In this document: positions 51,895-63,306 of the stretch, piece after piece
How the letters are laid out: every line of letters begins with the position of its first letter
Position numbering within the stretch: the stretch's first letter is position 1
Origin: an uncultured delta proteobacterium
Lineage (GTDB): Bacteria; Desulfobacterota; RBG-13-43-22
Assembly (NCBI GenBank): GCA_963743305.1
Contig: CAVUPH010000032.1
Coordinates: 64,001 to 128,000 of the forward strand
DNA: 64,000 bases
Direction of reading: 5' to 3'
Made by a program: the position numbers and the translations under genes
The notes under the pieces: model-generated
Told to the model about the DNA's origin: nothing
The model's database searches: none
Seen by the model: only the letters and a program-made list of their open reading frames with translations

Positions 51895-53724
51895 ATGGCC
51901 CGCTGGAATCCCATCAAAAAGGTCCTGGACCACGAACATACCCGTTTCTGGCAGTATGATCTGAAAAATATTTCCGAGCCCAACCTCCAAAGGGATGTTT
52001 TTCCTTACGAGGAGGTCTGCCGGATAGACTTCGATCATAAGTTCATACCCATCGACCCGGCCGATGAGCTCTGGATCACCGACACTACCTTTCGGGACGG
52101 CCAGCAGGCCCGGCCCCCTTATTCGGTGGAACAGATCCTCCACATTTTTGATTTCCTCAGCCGCCTTTCCGGCCCCCGGGGGGTAATCCGCCAAACCGAA
52201 TTTTTCCTGTACAGCGACCGGGATAAGGCCGCGGTTCGGCGTTGCCAGGAAAGAGACGTCCCCTATCCGGAGATTACCGGCTGGATCCGGGCCCACCCCA
52301 AAGACCTGGACCTGGTTCAGGAGATGGGCCTCAAGGAAACCGGAATCCTGACCTCGGTCTCCGATTATCATATTTTTTACAAGCTCAACCTCGACCGGCC
52401 CAAGGCGCTGGACCAATACCTGGAAATCGTCAACCGGGCACTGGACCTGGGGATAGCCCCCCGCTGCCACTTTGAAGACATCACCCGGGCCGACATCTAC
52501 GGTTTTTGCATTCCCTTTGCTATCGAGCTCATGAAACTGCGGGAGTCCTCGGGCATCGACATCAAGATCCGCCTCTGTGACACTATGGGCTACGGGGTTA
52601 CCTATCCTGGGACCGCCCTGCCCCGGAGCGTGCCCCGACTGGTCCGGGCCATGATCGAAGATGCCGGGGTGCCCGGCAACCTGCTGGAATGGCACGGGCA
52701 TAACGATTTTCATAAGGGTTTTATCAACGCCACCACCGCCTGGCTTTACGGCTGTGCCGCCATCAACGGCGCCCTGTTGGGATTCGGGGAACGGACCGGC
52801 AATACCCCCATCGAAGGGCTGCTGATCGAATATATCAGCCTCTTGGGCCGGAATAACGGCATCAACACTCGGGTGATCACCGAGATGGCGGATTATTTTG
52901 AAAAAGAAATTCATTTCCAGATTCCCCCCAACTATCCCTTTGTGGGGACGGATTTCAATGCCACCAGCGCCGGGATCCACGCCGACGGTCTGATCAAAAA
53001 CGAGGAGATATACAACATCTTTAACACCGCGAAGATCTTAGATCGCCCGATCAGTATCATCATTACCGACAAATCCGGAACCGCGGGGATCGTCCACTGG
53101 CTCAACAAGCACCTCAACCTGACCGGATCCGAAACGATCTCCAAGAACCATCCGGGGGTTCATAAAATATACAAGTGGGTCATGCGGCAATACGAAGAAG
53201 GCCGGGTAACCTCCCTCTCCTCTCAGGAAATGATGCGGGTCAGTCGGAAATACCTGCCCGAATATTTCCTGTCGGAATTTGATGCCCTGAAACAGAAGGC
53301 CTACCAACTGGCTTATCACATCGTGGAAGAGATTCTGGAACAGGAGGCGATCCGGTCCCTGAATCCCGTCCAGCAGGAGCCGGTGATGGAAAATTTTATC
53401 GAGCTCAATCCCTTCATCCAGTTTATTTATGTCATCGACCTGGAAGGAAAAAAGATCACGAAAAACATCACCCGCATCGTGGATCGGGCCAAGTATCAGG
53501 TGATCAAAGAGGATGAGGATTTTTCCGGTCGTTCCTGGTTCACCCAGCCCATCAAGGACGGCAAGATTTTTGTCTCCGATTTCTATACCTCCCGCATCAC
53601 CGGGGCACTGTGCATCACCGTTTCCGGACCGATCCGCAACCCGGAGGAGGATATCGTCGGGATCCTGGGGATCGACCTCAAATTCGAAGACCTGGTCAAA
53701 ATGGAACAGGAAGGGGAAATCTAA
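51895..53724 (+). CDS. DRE-TIM (HMGL-like) enzyme, Re-citrate synthase-like, with C-terminal Cache/PDC-like domain
   Basis: WITDTTFRDGQQ, CDTMG, HGHNDF, GERTGN, AGIHADG; C-terminal RSWF...SDFYTSRITGALCITVS...GILGID. Confidence 0.75.
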   Translation: MARWNPIKKVLDHEHTRFWQYDLKNISEPNLQRDVFPYEEVCRIDFDHKFIPIDPADELWITDTTFRDGQQARPPYSVEQILHIFDFLSRLSGPRGVIRQTEFFLYSDRDKAAVRRCQERDVPYPEITGWIRAHPKDLDLVQEMGLKETGILTSVSDYHIFYKLNLDRPKALDQYLEIVNRALDLGIAPRCHFEDITRADIYGFCIPFAIELMKLRESSGIDIKIRLCDTMGYGVTYPGTALPRSVPRLVRAMIEDAGVPGNLLEWHGHNDFHKGFINATTAWLYGCAAINGALLGFGERTGNTPIEGLLIEYISLLGRNNGINTRVITEMADYFEKEIHFQIPPNYPFVGTDFNATSAGIHADGLIKNEEIYNIFNTAKILDRPISIIITDKSGTAGIVHWLNKHLNLTGSETISKNHPGVHKIYKWVMRQYEEGRVTSLSSQEMMRVSRKYLPEYFLSEFDALKQKAYQLAYHIVEEILEQEAIRSLNPVQQEPVMENFIELNPFIQFIYVIDLEGKKITKNITRIVDRAKYQVIKEDEDFSGRSWFTQPIKDGKIFVSDFYTSRITGALCITVSGPIRNPEEDIVGILGIDLKFEDLVKMEQEGEI

Positions 53725-53948
53725 ATAACTTTCTTCTTGACAAGGGTTCGAAAATCCCGCTAAATGTCTCTGATATCTACCCAAAAAAGGATTGAAGCCC
53801 CTTGCGTCAAAAGGCCGGGAACCTTCAATTCCCAAAGATTTTTCGAGTCCGCCAACCCGACCAGCCGCCAAAAGCGGAGAGGGGGGCGGCGCTCGAACCC
53901 TGATTTTCAACTGCCCATAAATAAACTAAACTAAAGGAGGATGGTATT

Positions 53949-54161
53949 GTGGCTGAAATAACAGCCCCCATGGCGGGGAAAGTGATTGATATTAAAGTAA
54001 GTATCGGGGATGCGGTCCAGGAGGACGACGAAGTGGCCATCATCGAGGCTATGAAAATGGAAATGCCGATTTTAACCTACACCGGCGGCACGGTAAAAGA
54101 GATCAAAGTGGAAAAAGGGTCGTCAGTGGAGGCCGATCAGGTCATCATAATTATTGAGTGA
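53949..54161 (+). CDS. Biotin carboxyl carrier protein
   Basis: ITAPMAGKV...EAMKME. Confidence 0.93.
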   Translation: MAEITAPMAGKVIDIKVSIGDAVQEDDEVAIIEAMKMEMPILTYTGGTVKEIKVEKGSSVEADQVIIIIE

Positions 54162-54173
54162 AATTCCCCTTCG

Positions 54174-54209
54174 AAAGGGTTGAGATGAAGGTTATCTCAA
54201 CCCTTTTTT
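54174..54209 (+). terminator. Rho-independent terminator
   Basis: aaagggttgagat-loop-atctcaaccctttttt. Confidence 0.75.
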
Positions 54210-54320
54210 GTTTAATCCCAAGCCAAAAATTGTTGATGGTTCCGGTTTAATTGTACCAGATAAACTCTCAGAAAAATGGGTATAAGCATCTAATTTAAGT
54301 TAAAGTCCGGGGTGGTCGCT

Positions 54321-55874
54321 ATGACGGTAGAAGATCGAATTAAAGAATTGATCGCGTTGAATGCTCAGGCGGAATTGGCCGGCGGTCAGGACAAGATCGA
54401 TGCCCAACATAAAAAGGGCAAATTGACGGCCCGAGAACGGATTGAACACCTTCTGGATAAAGGGAGCTTTGAGGAATTCGATAAATTCGTAGTTCACCGT
54501 TGTACGGATTTCGGCATGGAAAACCAGAAGATTTTCGGGGACGGGGTGGTAACCGGATACGGACGGATCAACGGCCGGCTGGTTTATGTCTTCTCCCAGG
54601 ACTTCACTGTTTTTGGCGGGAGTCTGAGCGGACCTTTTGGTGAAAAGGTCTGCAAAGTCATGGACCTGGCCGAGCGTAACGGGGCGCCCATCATTGGCCT
54701 CAATGATTCCGGCGGCGCCCGGATACAGGAAGGGGTAGTCAGTCTGGGCAGCTACGGGGAGATCTTCCGCCGGAATGTCCAGTGTTCCGGAATCATTCCC
54801 CAGATATCCGTAATCATGGGGCCCTGCGCCGGCGGGGCGGTCTATTCCCCGGCCATCACCGATTTTATCATCATGGTGGAAAAAACCAGCCACATGTTCA
54901 TCACCGGGCCCCAGGTCATCAAGGCCGTAACCCACGAAGAAGTGGAACCGGAAGCGCTGGGCGGCGCCATCCGGCACAACTCCACCAGCGGGGTGGCCCA
55001 CCTGTCGGCCAAGGATGATCGGGCCGCCCTGGACAAGGTCCGGGAACTACTTTCCTTCCTGCCCCAGAACTGCAACGAGAAACCTCCGAAACTACCTACC
55101 CGGGACGATCCCAACCGGATCGATCTGGAACTTCGGAATGTCATCCCGGAAAATCCTCGAACGCCTTACGATATAAAAAAGATCATCCTCACCGTCGTGG
55201 ATGACCGAAAATTCTTTGAAACCCAAAAAATGTACGCCCCCAACATGGTGGTCGGTTTCGCCCGACTGAACGGGACGCCGGTGGGGATCGTGGCCAATCA
55301 ACCCCGGGCACTGGCCGGGTGTCTGGATATCAACGCCTCGGATAAATGCGCCCGGTTTGTACGCTTCTGCGACTGTTTCAACCTGCCCATCATCACCTTT
55401 GTGGATGTACCGGGGTTTCTGCCCGGTGTGGCTCAGGAACACGGAGGCATCATCCGCCACGGGGCCAAGATCATCTATGCCTACTGTGACGCCATGGTGC
55501 CCAAGATTACCCTGATCACCCGCAAGGCTTACGGGGGCGCTTACGACGTCATGGGCAGCAAACACCACGGTGGGGACATCAATTTCGCCTATCCCATGGC
55601 CGAAATCGCCGTCATGGGACCGGACGGCGCGGTGCCCATCGTCTTCCGCAACCAGATCAAGGAATCATCGGACCCGGAAAAGACCCGCCAGGAACTGGTC
55701 GAGGAATACCGGCGCACTTTCGCCAGCCCCTACAAGGCGGCTGAATTGGGATATATCGATGAAATCATCCTGCCGGAATACACCCGACCCAAGCTGATTC
55801 GCGCGCTGGAATCCTTAGAAACCAAATTCGATGTCCGCCGACTTCCCAGGCGACACGGGAATATTCCCTTATGA
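54321..55874 (+). CDS. Acyl-CoA carboxyltransferase (propionyl-CoA carboxylase beta / methylmalonyl-CoA decarboxylase alpha)
   Basis: [58 protein letters not shown]. Confidence 0.93.
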   Translation: MTVEDRIKELIALNAQAELAGGQDKIDAQHKKGKLTARERIEHLLDKGSFEEFDKFVVHRCTDFGMENQKIFGDGVVTGYGRINGRLVYVFSQDFTVFGGSLSGPFGEKVCKVMDLAERNGAPIIGLNDSGGARIQEGVVSLGSYGEIFRRNVQCSGIIPQISVIMGPCAGGAVYSPAITDFIIMVEKTSHMFITGPQVIKAVTHEEVEPEALGGAIRHNSTSGVAHLSAKDDRAALDKVRELLSFLPQNCNEKPPKLPTRDDPNRIDLELRNVIPENPRTPYDIKKIILTVVDDRKFFETQKMYAPNMVVGFARLNGTPVGIVANQPRALAGCLDINASDKCARFVRFCDCFNLPIITFVDVPGFLPGVAQEHGGIIRHGAKIIYAYCDAMVPKITLITRKAYGGAYDVMGSKHHGGDINFAYPMAEIAVMGPDGAVPIVFRNQIKESSDPEKTRQELVEEYRRTFASPYKAAELGYIDEIILPEYTRPKLIRALESLETKFDVRRLPRRHGNIPL

Positions 55875-55926
55875 CTCGCTGACTCGCTAAACTCGAAATT
55901 TGAAGCACGCAATCGACTCGGCTGAT

Positions 55927-55988
55927 CCTTTCGGTAAACTCAAGGCCCTGAGCGACTCGACTGAGCTCGCCGAAGTCTTGTCGAAGGG
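55927..55988. repeat. Short palindromic repeat with nested 24-bp insert
   Basis: cctttcggtaaactcaaggccctgagc[gactcgactgagctcgccgaagtc]ttgtcgaaggg; reverse complement matches ~51727-51766. Confidence 0.65.
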
Positions 55989-56094
55989 CTCGTCGCAGGC
56001 CGAAACACGCACGAAGGATTAAAATCCAACTATTTGAAACAACCAACTCTTCGAATTTCGGATTAAGAAATCACACCGGAAGAGGAGCCCCACC

Positions 56095-57771
<1,677 letters not shown>

Positions 57772-57782
57772 GAGATGCGATC

Positions 57783-58184
57783 ATGACGGCAGCGAAAAAG
57801 ATAAGGGTACTGGCGGCCAAGCCCGGCCTGGACGGGCACGACCGGGGCATTAAGGTGATTTGCTACGCCCTGCGGGATGCGGGGATGGAAGTGGTCTATA
57901 CCGGTCTGCGGCAGACCCCGGAGCAGATTGTGACCACGGCCATGCAGGAAGACGTGGACGTCATTGCCCTGAGCGTCCTCTCCGGGGCGCACGAATACCT
58001 CTTCCCGAGGGTCATGGAACTGGTCCGGGAAAAAGGGATTCCCGATGTCCTGGTCGTGGGAGGCGGGATCATCCCCGATGAAGATATCCCGGCCATGAAA
58101 GCCGCGGGCATCGCCGAGATTTTCGGCCCGGGCACCTACACCGCGGAGATCATCCAGTACATCCAGGATCATGTGAGAAGCTGA
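57783..58184 (+). CDS. Methylmalonyl-CoA mutase cobalamin-binding (small) subunit
   Basis: [22 protein letters not shown]. Confidence 0.95.
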   Translation: MTAAKKIRVLAAKPGLDGHDRGIKVICYALRDAGMEVVYTGLRQTPEQIVTTAMQEDVDVIALSVLSGAHEYLFPRVMELVREKGIPDVLVVGGGIIPDEDIPAMKAAGIAEIFGPGTYTAEIIQYIQDHVRS

Positions 58185-58201
58185 AACCTGATTCTCGGTT
58201 C

Positions 58202-58398
58202 AAATCCGAAATCCGAATTTCGAAATCCGAACAAAATCCAATGACCAAAATTCAACGACCGAGGAAGGATGACAATTTCGCCAAAAACTCCTCAGGCCGG
58301 ACTCATTGCGAGGAGTGAAGCGACGAAGCAGATCCCCAAGAACCGGAGCTTCTCGGCAAGGAGGGATATGTTCTCTGCGTCTCTTCGCTCGCAATGAC
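58202..58398. repeat. AAATCCG heptamer array plus TCATTGCGAG...CTCGCAATGA palindromic REP-like element
   Basis: aaatccgaaatccgaatttcgaaatccg at 58202-58229; tcattgcgag (58303) pairs with ctcgcaatga (58388); lies between convergent genes. Confidence 0.65.
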
Positions 58399-58448
58399 GG
58401 TGTTTTCTCGACTCTTAGTTTGCCTTGGTCTGCGCCGGGGTGAACGCG

Positions 58449-59213
58449 TTACCGTTCCTGCCAGACCGGCTTTCGCTTCTCCAGGAAAGCCTTGAGCCCC
58501 TCCTCCGCGTCGTGGGTCTTCATCATTTCCTGCAGGTAGATTTTTTCAATGGCCAGAAGCCCCTGATCAGCCGGATCCATCAATCCGGCGTTGAAGGCCT
58601 TCTTGGTCAGGGCCAGTACCAGGCCGCTTAAGCCGGAAAACTTCCCCAAAAATTTTTGCAGTTCCTCTTCCAGAGCCTCGGCCGGCACCACTTTGTTGAT
58701 CAACCCCAGGGAAAGGGCCTCCTGGGCCGGGATGATATCTCCCGAAAGGATCAGTTCCAGAGCCTTCTTGCGGGCCGTCAGGCGGGGCATAATCAGGGCG
58801 GCAATGGGTGGGAAAACGCCCACCTGGATCTCCGGCTGACCGAACTTGGCCTTTTCCGACGCTATGACCAGGTCGCAGTAGAGGGCCAGCTCACAGCCCC
58901 CGCCCAGGGCCGCCCCCTGGACCGAAGCGATGGAAACGGCCGGCAGGCTGTCCATCCGCCGGAAGATGCCGTGAAAGACCTCGATCATTTCATTGACCTG
59001 GTCTCCCAGGTGTTCGCCCACGTCCACCCCGGCCGAAAAGGCTTTGCCGGCCGCCTTGAACAAGAGCAGTTTGAATGATTGACCCTTCAATGAATCAAGG
59101 GCCTGATTGATCTCCTTCATCATGGCGATATTCAGGACATTCAAAGGGTCCCGTTTCAAGGTGATCGTAGCCAGTCCTTCTTTGACTTCCAACTGAATAA
59201 ACTGATAACTCAT
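58449..59213 (-). CDS. Enoyl-CoA hydratase/isomerase family (cyclohexadienecarbonyl-CoA hydratase-like)
   Basis: PLNVLN, AFSAGVDV, ALGGGCEL, FGQPEIQVGVFPP, DAEEGLKAFLEKRKP. Confidence 0.88.
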   Translation of the reverse strand: MSYQFIQLEVKEGLATITLKRDPLNVLNIAMMKEINQALDSLKGQSFKLLLFKAAGKAFSAGVDVGEHLGDQVNEMIEVFHGIFRRMDSLPAVSIASVQGAALGGGCELALYCDLVIASEKAKFGQPEIQVGVFPPIAALIMPRLTARKKALELILSGDIIPAQEALSLGLINKVVPAEALEEELQKFLGKFSGLSGLVLALTKKAFNAGLMDPADQGLLAIEKIYLQEMMKTHDAEEGLKAFLEKRKPVWQER

Positions 59214-59280
59214 GGTTGTTCCTTCCTTTCGTCCGCTGTAATGCCTAGGGAATTTTCAGGTTTTAATCCATGCTTCAAGA

Positions 59281-59345
59281 CCCCCTCTCCCCCTCGCGGG
59301 AGAGGGCCTCGACGTGAGCTCAGCCGAACGTTTGGGGTGAGGGGG
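59281..59345. repeat. REP-like element with nested 24-bp insert
   Basis: ccctctccc..gggagaggg[cctcgacgtgagctcagccgaacg]tttggggtgagggg. Confidence 0.65.
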
Positions 59346-59649
59346 ATATAGGTATCTACTTGTTATATTCCTAATAAATCCAGGTGTTGTCAATCCCAAA
59401 TTGAAGGAAATAGTCCTTCCGCCGAGTGGACCGCGCGGAACCAATCAAAAGCCTTTGATCGACCACTCTCCGGATACGACTTTACTCACGAGTAAAATCG
59501 TGTCCTAACTATTTTACTATGACAATGATCCGTGTCCGGTAGTTGTCTGTGGCAAAAAATCTTTTTTGGATTTTTCGGGTTGGTATCTTTTTAAGATTAA
59601 AAAGGGTTATTCCCGCCGCTTCCGGCGTGAATAACCCCTTGAATATCCT

Positions 59650-59725
59650 TGGTGGAGCTGAACGGGATCGAACCGTCGACCTCTTGACTGCCAGTCAAGC
59701 GCTCTCCCAGCTGAGCTACAGCCCC
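59650..59725 (-). tRNA. tRNA-Ala(GGC)
   Basis: Reverse complement GGGGCTGTAGCTCAGCTGGGAGAGCGCTTGACTGGCAGTCAAGAGGTCGACGGTTCGATCCCGTTCAGCTCCACCA; G3:U70 pair, CCA end. Confidence 0.97.
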
Positions 59726-59867
59726 GTAATTAATAAAAAGATTATTATATTTTTATTGGAAACCCTTGTCAATAATTTTTTAACCATTTTTTCTTGACAA
59801 TTTCATGATCTTTTACGTAAAATCAACTCTCGTTTGCGAATATTTTTCGTGAATAATCCACCCAACC

Positions 59868-59955
59868 GCCGGAGTGGTGAAACTGGTAGACGCAGGGGAC
59901 TCAAAATCCCCCGACCCCCGCGGTCATGTCGGTTCAATTCCGACCTCCGGCACCA
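59868..59955 (+). tRNA. tRNA-Leu(CAA)
   Basis: GCCGGAGTGGTGAAACTGGTAGACGCAGGGGACTCAAAATCCCC, long variable arm, GGTTCAATTCC, CACCA end. Confidence 0.97.
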
Positions 59956-60100
59956 CATATTAGCATGACAGATTAGGGACCTAAGGCTTTAATCGGCTTT
60001 AGGCCCCTTTTCTTTTTTGATTAGAATGAATTTTTCCTTGACACCCTTTTTTTTCTTGTTAATCTTGCTCGGAGTATTACTATTTAGAGGGGATTATTCT

Positions 60101-60352
60101 ATGCAATCATTTCGTCTTCTCGTAATTGTTTTCTTTGGAACGGTGATCCTGTGCGGTGCCCTCCTGCTGATTGGCTGCAACAGTTCCACCTCGGGAGGTA
60201 GCAGCACTCTTAAGTGCACCTATCCCAATGTTCCGAGCTCAGATCAGTGCAATAATATTTCTCTCGGAAATTCTTGTCAAAGCCCTTTCACTTATGATTC
60301 TAATTCAAAAACCTGCAATATTAATGACTGCTCTGCCTGCGCGCAATTCTAA
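60101..60352 (+). CDS. Small cysteine-rich putative lipoprotein
   Basis: GAGGG RBS, hydrophobic stretch ending LLLIG-C lipobox, Ser/Gly linker, six further Cys. Confidence 0.6.
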   Translation: MQSFRLLVIVFFGTVILCGALLLIGCNSSTSGGSSTLKCTYPNVPSSDQCNNISLGNSCQSPFTYDSNSKTCNINDCSACAQF

Positions 60353-60511
60353 GAAATAGCCTCACCCTTACTCTTAGCAGCCAAAACCGGACCCGCCGGG
60401 TGAGGAGATTAACCCCTGATAACGGTTCCCGTGGCGCCCAGTGGCGCCACGTTCTACCCGGTGGCCTGAGCTAGCTCTCTACATTCCCATTCATCTTCCT
60501 TGTATTAGGGG

Positions 60512-60627
60512 CTATTTCAACACCTCCCCCAACCAATCCTTGATCTCACCCATCTCCCGGGTGAATAATTCCCGAATAGCCTCAAAAACTCTTTGATACC
60601 CGGAGAATTCTCTCCGATTCCTCAACC
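60512..60627 (-). pseudogene. Relic of the C-terminus of a paralog of 61132-61629
   Basis: Translates VEESERIL/GYQRVFEAIRELFTREMGEIKDWLGEVLK* versus IEEMKEVLANYERIFEAVRQLFSREIEEIEELVTELLE*. Confidence 0.65.
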
Positions 60628-60639
60628 CGCTGGCTCAAA

Positions 60640-61110
60640 TCAATCGATTTTGGACTCAAACATTGACCGGCGATGGGTCACCCAGCCATCCAAGGACCAT
60701 TTCCCGCCGCCTGCTACCATTAAAGTGATCCCGATCGCAATAACCAGAAGATGGTATTCGAACCCTTCGCCCTTTTGGTTTCCAAACCAGTTCATGAAAA
60801 ATCCGTTTTGCACGTGGTTCATCAGGGCGCAGACCACCATGTTCACCACAATCCCGAAGGCCGCCACCCGAGTTAGAAACCCGGTGGCCAAGGCCAATGA
60901 CCCGAGAAATTCAGCCATGATGGCCAGGAAGGCCAGGATTAAAGGTATCCCGGCTTTGTCGGTAAAAAAAACGAGCGTAGTGCTGAAACCCGGCCCGCCG
61001 AACCATCCAAAAACCTTTTGGGCTCCGTGAGGGAAAAATACTATCCCCAGCATCAACCGAAGAACCAGGCTGGAAACTGCTTCATCGGTTTGAAGTAGTC
61101 TACTGAACAT
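60640..61110 (-). CDS. DoxX-family membrane protein
   Basis: LRLMLGIVFFPHGAQKVFGWFGG...AEFLG...GFLTRVAA...GEGFEYHLL...GGGKWSLD. Confidence 0.92.
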   Translation of the reverse strand: MFSRLLQTDEAVSSLVLRLMLGIVFFPHGAQKVFGWFGGPGFSTTLVFFTDKAGIPLILAFLAIMAEFLGSLALATGFLTRVAAFGIVVNMVVCALMNHVQNGFFMNWFGNQKGEGFEYHLLVIAIGITLMVAGGGKWSLDGWVTHRRSMFESKID

Positions 61111-61131
61111 ATTATCCTACCCCCATAGGTT

Positions 61132-61629
61132 CTATTCCAACAATTCCGTTACCAACTCCTCGATTTCCTCTATTTCCCGGCTGAAAAGTTGCCTGACCGC
61201 CTCGAAGATTCTTTCGTAGTTGGCCAGTACTTCCTTCATTTCCTCAATCTGTTCCTGTTGCTTAATTGCGAACAGGAAGGCCCCCTCTCCCATCTTGAGT
61301 AAGTCGGTTTTTCGACCAATTAATCCCAGTTTCTTAGCGGCAGGTTTCTTCCCGATAACTGCCGGGACCAATGCCGGAGCCTTCTTCCGTGGCTTCCTTT
61401 CTGGGACCTTCTTGACTTTAGCGGTCGCAGCCTTCTTCGGCCCCGGTTTCCGGCGTTGGACTTTCTTGGCCTGTTTCTTCGGAGAGGCCTTGGCGACCAC
61501 CTCAGGTTTTTCGACTTTCTTTTTCACTACCGCTTTCCTTGGCTTTTTAATCGGGGCTTCGGACCTTGTTTCGACGATTTTGGACGGTTGTTGCAAATCG
61601 GTGACCCCGATCTTCTTTTCCTTTTTCAT
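61132..61629 (-). CDS. Lys/Ala/Pro-rich (histone H1-like) protein with acidic helical C-terminus
   Basis: KKPRKAVVKKK..KASPKKQAKK..KKAATAKVKK composition; GAGGAG RBS. Confidence 0.65.
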   Translation of the reverse strand: MKKEKKIGVTDLQQPSKIVETRSEAPIKKPRKAVVKKKVEKPEVVAKASPKKQAKKVQRRKPGPKKAATAKVKKVPERKPRKKAPALVPAVIGKKPAAKKLGLIGRKTDLLKMGEGAFLFAIKQQEQIEEMKEVLANYERIFEAVRQLFSREIEEIEELVTELLE

Positions 61630-61831
61630 AAATTTCTCCTCATTTTGATTGATGGTTGAAGGATGGGACGGAAACGCTTTGATATAAAAGGGAAAATAGC
61701 CGAGTACTAAAAAATAGTCAACAGAATTAGTATGTCAGCCATGTTTTTCACTTCCCGAGAAAACTAGTAAAAAAACTAATTCGACTCAAGAAACTTATTT
61801 TGCTTTTGTCCTGATCTGACAATCCCCGGGT

Positions 61832-62140
61832 TTATGCTGGCATCAAAGTTACACTGAAGGAGGCGCCTCTATGGACCCGAGCTAAGATTTTCTGGAAATT
61901 GTCAAGTTCGCCCGGACTCCTGTTTACGAGAACCTGGTCCTTTTCAATGTATAGTGTGGTACCGCCGACCAGCCGACCTTCCCCATCAAAGAGACCCCCA
62001 CCGCTGGAACCGGAGAGATGGCCGCCGTGGTCTGATTGAAGGGTGGCGGTCCACCCGGAGTTGCGCGACGATGCCGTCGGAAAGGAAAACGTCCCAGGGG
62101 TATTAATTCTTGGCATAGAACTGCCTGGTTTGCGGGTCAC
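61832..62140 (-). pseudogene. Fragment of a trypsin-like serine protease
   Basis: Only the catalytic-Ser motif HLSGSSGGGLFDGEGRLVG is recognisable; no His/Asp regions. Confidence 0.5.
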
Positions 62141-62289
62141 CGGTCATTGGCCTCTTTTCTGGTTCCAATTTCGTCTTTCCTTTTTTCCCAACTCGTTGTG
62201 GTTTTCTCATGGTGGCTCTCCTAAGGGAGCCACCTCTAAATTTCACTGGATTATAAGTAACGGTGAAGAAATGAAGCACCGGGGCTTAC

Positions 62290-62598
62290 ATGCCGACTAT
62301 ATCGATGTTTTACGGAATTATCATCCGCATGTTCTGTTCCCCCGCAGAACATAATCCTCCCCATATTGATGCGTACTACCAAGAGTTCATGGCGATAGTC
62401 GATATTCTATCGGGCGAGGTATCTGCGGGTAGCATCCCCCCTAAACAGACAAAGCTTGTCCTCGCTTGGGTCGAAATCCACTTGGCAAATTCTCCGAACT
62501 ACGAAACCCATCTCTCTTCTCCTCGGTAACGATCAAGTTTGATAGCATCGAATGGGCCAACCATCTCGACCTTGACCCGGAATTCCTGTACGAGTAGA
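62290..62598 (+). pseudogene. Deleted DUF4160/DUF2442 toxin-antitoxin-like gene pair
   Basis: MPTISMFYGIIIRM..EHNPPHI.AYY..LVLAWVEIH (DUF4160) runs into FDSIEWANHLDLDPEFLYE* (DUF2442 C-terminus) in another frame. Confidence 0.7.
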
Positions 62599-62677
62599 GC
62601 GTAGATGCAATTACATAACAGGAAACGCCGATTTCGCCGGTGGGAAAGATTTACGATTTGGTGGGGAGAAGAGAAGC

Positions 62678-63181
62678 TCAGGAAGGCTTTGGCGACAGGG
62701 CGACGCGCCGGCGGCCTGGGGGCCGGCGGTAATGCCGGTAATACTCGTTGAGAAAACGCTTGATATCCGGGCGCCCTTTGAGCGGCCGGTCCAATTTTTC
62801 CACGGCTCGGATCACGTCCCCGGCCGAGGCCCCTGTCGGAAACAGGTTGGCCAACACCACCAGGCTCAACCCCAGGGTCTCATCGTCGGTGTAGAGGATA
62901 AAAGGGTATTGATCGCTGCCGCGAATAAACCGGGCAAACTTGACCACCCAGGGTTCATCAATTTGACAGGAAGCGAGATCGCAGGACTCCACCGGGATGG
63001 TGGTGTACTTCATGCCGGCCGCCTTCACCCGTCTGGCCAATCCCTTGTCCCGGAGTTCCGGAGGCAGGATATCCAGCACCATCCGGTAGCCCTGGCCGGC
63101 CAGGACGGTCCATTCCTCCTCCTTGGGCCGACCGATAAGAATCGAATCCTTATCCAGTTTGATATGTTTCAGGAGATACAT
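62678..63181 (-). CDS. Hypothetical protein with degenerate DUF442/PTP-like fold
   Basis: LAGQGYRMVLDILPPE...AAGMKYTTIPV...PFILY pattern; no HCxxGxR. Confidence 0.5.
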   Translation of the reverse strand: MYLLKHIKLDKDSILIGRPKEEEWTVLAGQGYRMVLDILPPELRDKGLARRVKAAGMKYTTIPVESCDLASCQIDEPWVVKFARFIRGSDQYPFILYTDDETLGLSLVVLANLFPTGASAGDVIRAVEKLDRPLKGRPDIKRFLNEYYRHYRRPPGRRRVALSPKPS

Positions 63182-63306
63182 GTTGAAAGACCACCGTGCG
63201 GCGAAGCCGCAATCAAATTCAAAATCAAAAAAAATTCAAAAGTTGCAGGAATACCGAATCAGGAACTCCTGATTTTCGCTCAGCGCTTTGCGCCCGGCGT
63301 TTCCTC

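Noticed and set aside
55875-56094. Cobalamin riboswitch upstream of the mutase
   Set aside because: No B12-box consensus seen; the region is explained by repeat elements.
58202-58260. CRISPR array or coding repeat
   Set aside because: Only short degenerate heptamers; no repeat-spacer periodicity and no cas genes in the window.
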